NCBI GenBank assembly: GCA_003402315.1
Contig: QFXI01000003.1
Span: 702-64,701 of the forward strand
Direction of reading: 5' to 3'
Length of the DNA stretch: 64,000 nt
Source: Candidatus Nitrotoga sp. LAW
Lineage (GTDB): Bacteria; Pseudomonadota; Gammaproteobacteria; Burkholderiales; Gallionellaceae
Part shown: in pieces, positions 61,864 to 64,000 of the stretch
Position numbering within the stretch: the first letter of the stretch is position 1
Layout: each line of letters opens with the position of its first letter
The notes under the pieces: generated by a model
Told to the model about the DNA's origin: nothing
The model's database searches: none
Seen by the model: the letters and a program-made list of their open reading frames with translations, nothing else
Position numbers and translations under genes: made by a program

Positions 61864-62336
61864 AGTGCCATAAGGACGACATCAGTTCAACACCGTAATG
61901 ATACCAGCCGAACGCTATATCACGCTTGTACTCAATTCACCTTCAGCAATTCAATTGCTTGTAATGCTTTCCTGGGTTTCTCCATTCCAACACCTTAACC
62001 TCTCTAAGTTGTTGCGGTTGGTTATTGAGCGCGCCCTTCTAATAATTTAGATTTACGAATTTTCATTTCACAGTTTGTTTACATTTGGTCTACCCGTATA
62101 GGCTTGAAAATAAATGATAGATTTTCGTTAACCACGAAATAAGGAATTTGCTTATTCTCTTTTTTTGGTTACCGCCATACTATTTAACCAACATAGATAC
62201 AAGCAAAAGCGCTACTTAAAGTGCGTTAGTCAGGTGCGTACGTTAATGGTTACAGGAGCCCGGCCAATGATGCATCGTTTGCTATTTAAGTGCCAGACTC
62301 GCAAAGCTGCATTTGACTCGGTGCGGCGGTGAATAA

Positions 62337-63008
62337 ATGGCAACGAAACGCAAAACCGCCTCTTTGCCGGGGGTACTGTTTGTCCTTGCGCTTCACGGTG
62401 CATTGTTTTACATCCTGTGGAGTCAAAAATTGATTACACTACCGAAACAGGCGGCAGTGTTCGTAAACATTATCGCCACACCTAAACCGCAAGAAGAACC
62501 CAAGCCTGAACCACCTCGCTCTACACCCAAGCCGGAACCTGTATTCCGACTTTCATCCAAGCCACAACCCATAAAGCAGCAAAAACAGCAGCAATTGGTA
62601 GCTGAAGCACCGGTATTGTCTCAAAGTGAACCTGTTGCGCCACCGCCACCGCATGAACCAGAACCAGAAAAGATAGAAGGTCCGGCAGCACCCTCTGGGC
62701 CGATGTCACTTGCGCCAGTCATGCTATCCTCGGAGCTATCGCTCACCTGTTCTAAATTAAATGCGCCTTCCTATCCGCCGCTTTCACGTCAACGTGGTGA
62801 AGAGGGTAAGGTGATGCTACGGGTAGAACTGGATGAAACCGGTCGCGTAAGCTTAGCGCAAGTAATTAATAGCAGCGGTTATAAACATCTCGACGAGGCT
62901 GCCCTGAGCGCAGTAAAAACTTGGCATTGCAATCCACCCAGACGCAATGGCCAGCCAGTTCGGGCAATCGCCATGCAACCATTTAATTTTATATTGCCAG
63001 GAGATTGA
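62337..63008 (+). CDS. tonB: Energy transducer TonB
   Basis: N-terminal anchor, a Pro/Glu/Lys-rich spacer (PKPQEEPKPEPP...) and a TonB_C domain (YPPLSRQRGEEGKVMLRVELDETGRV). Confidence 0.85.
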   Translation: MATKRKTASLPGVLFVLALHGALFYILWSQKLITLPKQAAVFVNIIATPKPQEEPKPEPPRSTPKPEPVFRLSSKPQPIKQQKQQQLVAEAPVLSQSEPVAPPPPHEPEPEKIEGPAAPSGPMSLAPVMLSSELSLTCSKLNAPSYPPLSRQRGEEGKVMLRVELDETGRVSLAQVINSSGYKHLDEAALSAVKTWHCNPPRRNGQPVRAIAMQPFNFILPGD

Positions 63009-63013
63009 ACTAA

Positions 63014-63756
63014 TGGAAAAAGGACTCGGTTTCTCACACTTTCTCTCCCAGCTCGATGACATCGGCATTGGCGTCTTTGTACTATTGCTTGCGCTGTCAA
63101 TGGCGAGTTGGTATCTCATATTCACCAAAACGATTGCCAATTTTCTGGCCGCACGCCGCGCGGAAACTTTTCTCAAGCGTTTCTGGAACGCTAATTCTTT
63201 ACAAGAGGTGAATGCGATCCTGACCGTCAATTCGATTGACAACGCCTTCGCGCAGCTCGCACAATTATCGCTGGATGCCGCCCTCGAGTCAGAAACACGC
63301 GGTTTGAAGCACCTCGCAATTACTGGTGGTGGCACAAGCGAGTTCATTACCCGTGTATTACGCAATAGCATTGAACAGGAGGCTGCGCGCGTTGAAAGTG
63401 GCCTCACAATGTTAGCCTCAGCTGGCTCGGCTGCACCCTTTATAGGCCTGTTTGGCACAGTTTTAGGTATATATCACGCGCTGGTACAAATCGGCATTTC
63501 CGGTCAAGGGACATTGGACAAGGTGGCTGGCCCGGTAGGTGAGGCACTAATAATGACAGCATTGGGATTGGCAGTGGCTATACCGGCAGTATTGGCCTAC
63601 AACGTATTTGTGCGGCGTAATCGTTTATGGCTGGCGCGCTTGGATGCCTTTGCTCATGACCTATTTGCGCTCGTCACCGTCGGCGTCAAGTCCAATAGTT
63701 CTGCGGACGATGAGCGTCCGTCACATATGGTTGAACCCATCGAAAGGAGACCGTAA
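63014..63756 (+). CDS. exbB: MotA/TolQ/ExbB proton channel protein ExbB
   Basis: The ATG is at 63014; the track ORF begins at 62947 inside tonB. Conserved block reads PFIGLFGTVLGIYHAL...GPVGEALIMTALGLAVAIPAVLAYN. Confidence 0.9.
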
Positions 63757-64000
63757 TGGCATTTGGCAACTTGAGCAGTAACCGTCAAACACCCTTGGCC
63801 GATATCAATGTAGTGCCGCTGGTGGACGTTATGTTAGTGCTACTGGTGATCTTCATAATTACTGCGCCGTTGCTTACGAATGCGGTGAAGATCGAATTGC
63901 CTAAGGCATCTAGCACCCCAAATATAACGCAATCAGAGCATATCGAATTTGGCATTCGTGAAGATGCCAGTTTATTTTGGAACGGTGAGCCTGTCGCACT
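63756..64000 (+). CDS. exbD: ExbD/TolR family protein (partial, runs off the window)
   Basis: MAFGNLSSNRQTPLADINVVPLVDVMLVLLVIFIITAPLL is canonical ExbD. The ATG overlaps the exbB TAA (TAATG). Not in the ORF track because it is truncated by the window end. Confidence 0.85.
   Translation, partial: MAFGNLSSNRQTPLADINVVPLVDVMLVLLVIFIITAPLLTNAVKIELPKASSTPNITQSEHIEFGIREDASLFWNGEPVA

Noticed and set aside
61864-62336. Looked for a Fur box upstream of tonB-exbB-exbD, for example AAATAAATGATAGATTTTC at about 62110.
   Set aside because: The best candidate matches only about 9/19 positions of GATAATGATAATCATTATC.

Overview
This is a chromosomal segment that looks proteobacterial, probably betaproteobacterial judging by gene content; that guess is low confidence. 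All family calls come from motif and sequence recognition by eye, with no searches run.

Layout:
- 1-11.1 kb: an intact flagellar export/C-ring operon, fliFGHIJK and fliLMNOPQR.
- 11.2-26.3 kb: an accessory block. It holds a glycine-zipper lipoprotein, a WYL-domain regulator and a minimal Cas8-less type I-F2 (I-Fv-like) CRISPR-Cas locus with cas1, cas2-3, two divergent backbone genes and cas6f. A ParD-like/zeta-like toxin-antitoxin pair sits between cas6f and the leader. The array has 92 identical 28-nt I-F repeats and 91 spacers.
- 26.3-30.1 kb: a decayed zone. It holds a stand-alone cNMP-binding protein, the N-terminal relic of a second, type I-C-like cas1, a secreted beta-helix protein, an IS3-family transposase remnant and a 16-codon gene stub.
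- 29.4-38.6 kb: phosphate/polyphosphate genes (sixA, CYTH-CHAD, phoU, PhoX-like, ppk1) interrupted by olsA/olsB-like acyltransferases.
- 38.8-64 kb: an EAL-CBS-GGDEF protein, regB/regA-like two-component genes, a multiply disrupted TonB-dependent receptor plus a frameshifted PepSY gene, an NYN/LOTUS protein, queF, smc, pbpG-like, MFS, grpE-dnaK-dnaJ with sigma-32-like promoters, uup, a Bcp-type peroxiredoxin and tonB-exbB-exbD.

Most worth a second look:
- the TA pair between cas6f and the leader;
- the WYL regulator and a 31-codon hydrophobic ORF upstream of cas1;
- one spacer present twice in the array;
- the I-C cas1 relic;
- a 16-bp x6 GATC-containing tandem repeat related to a short element also found between fliQ and fliR.
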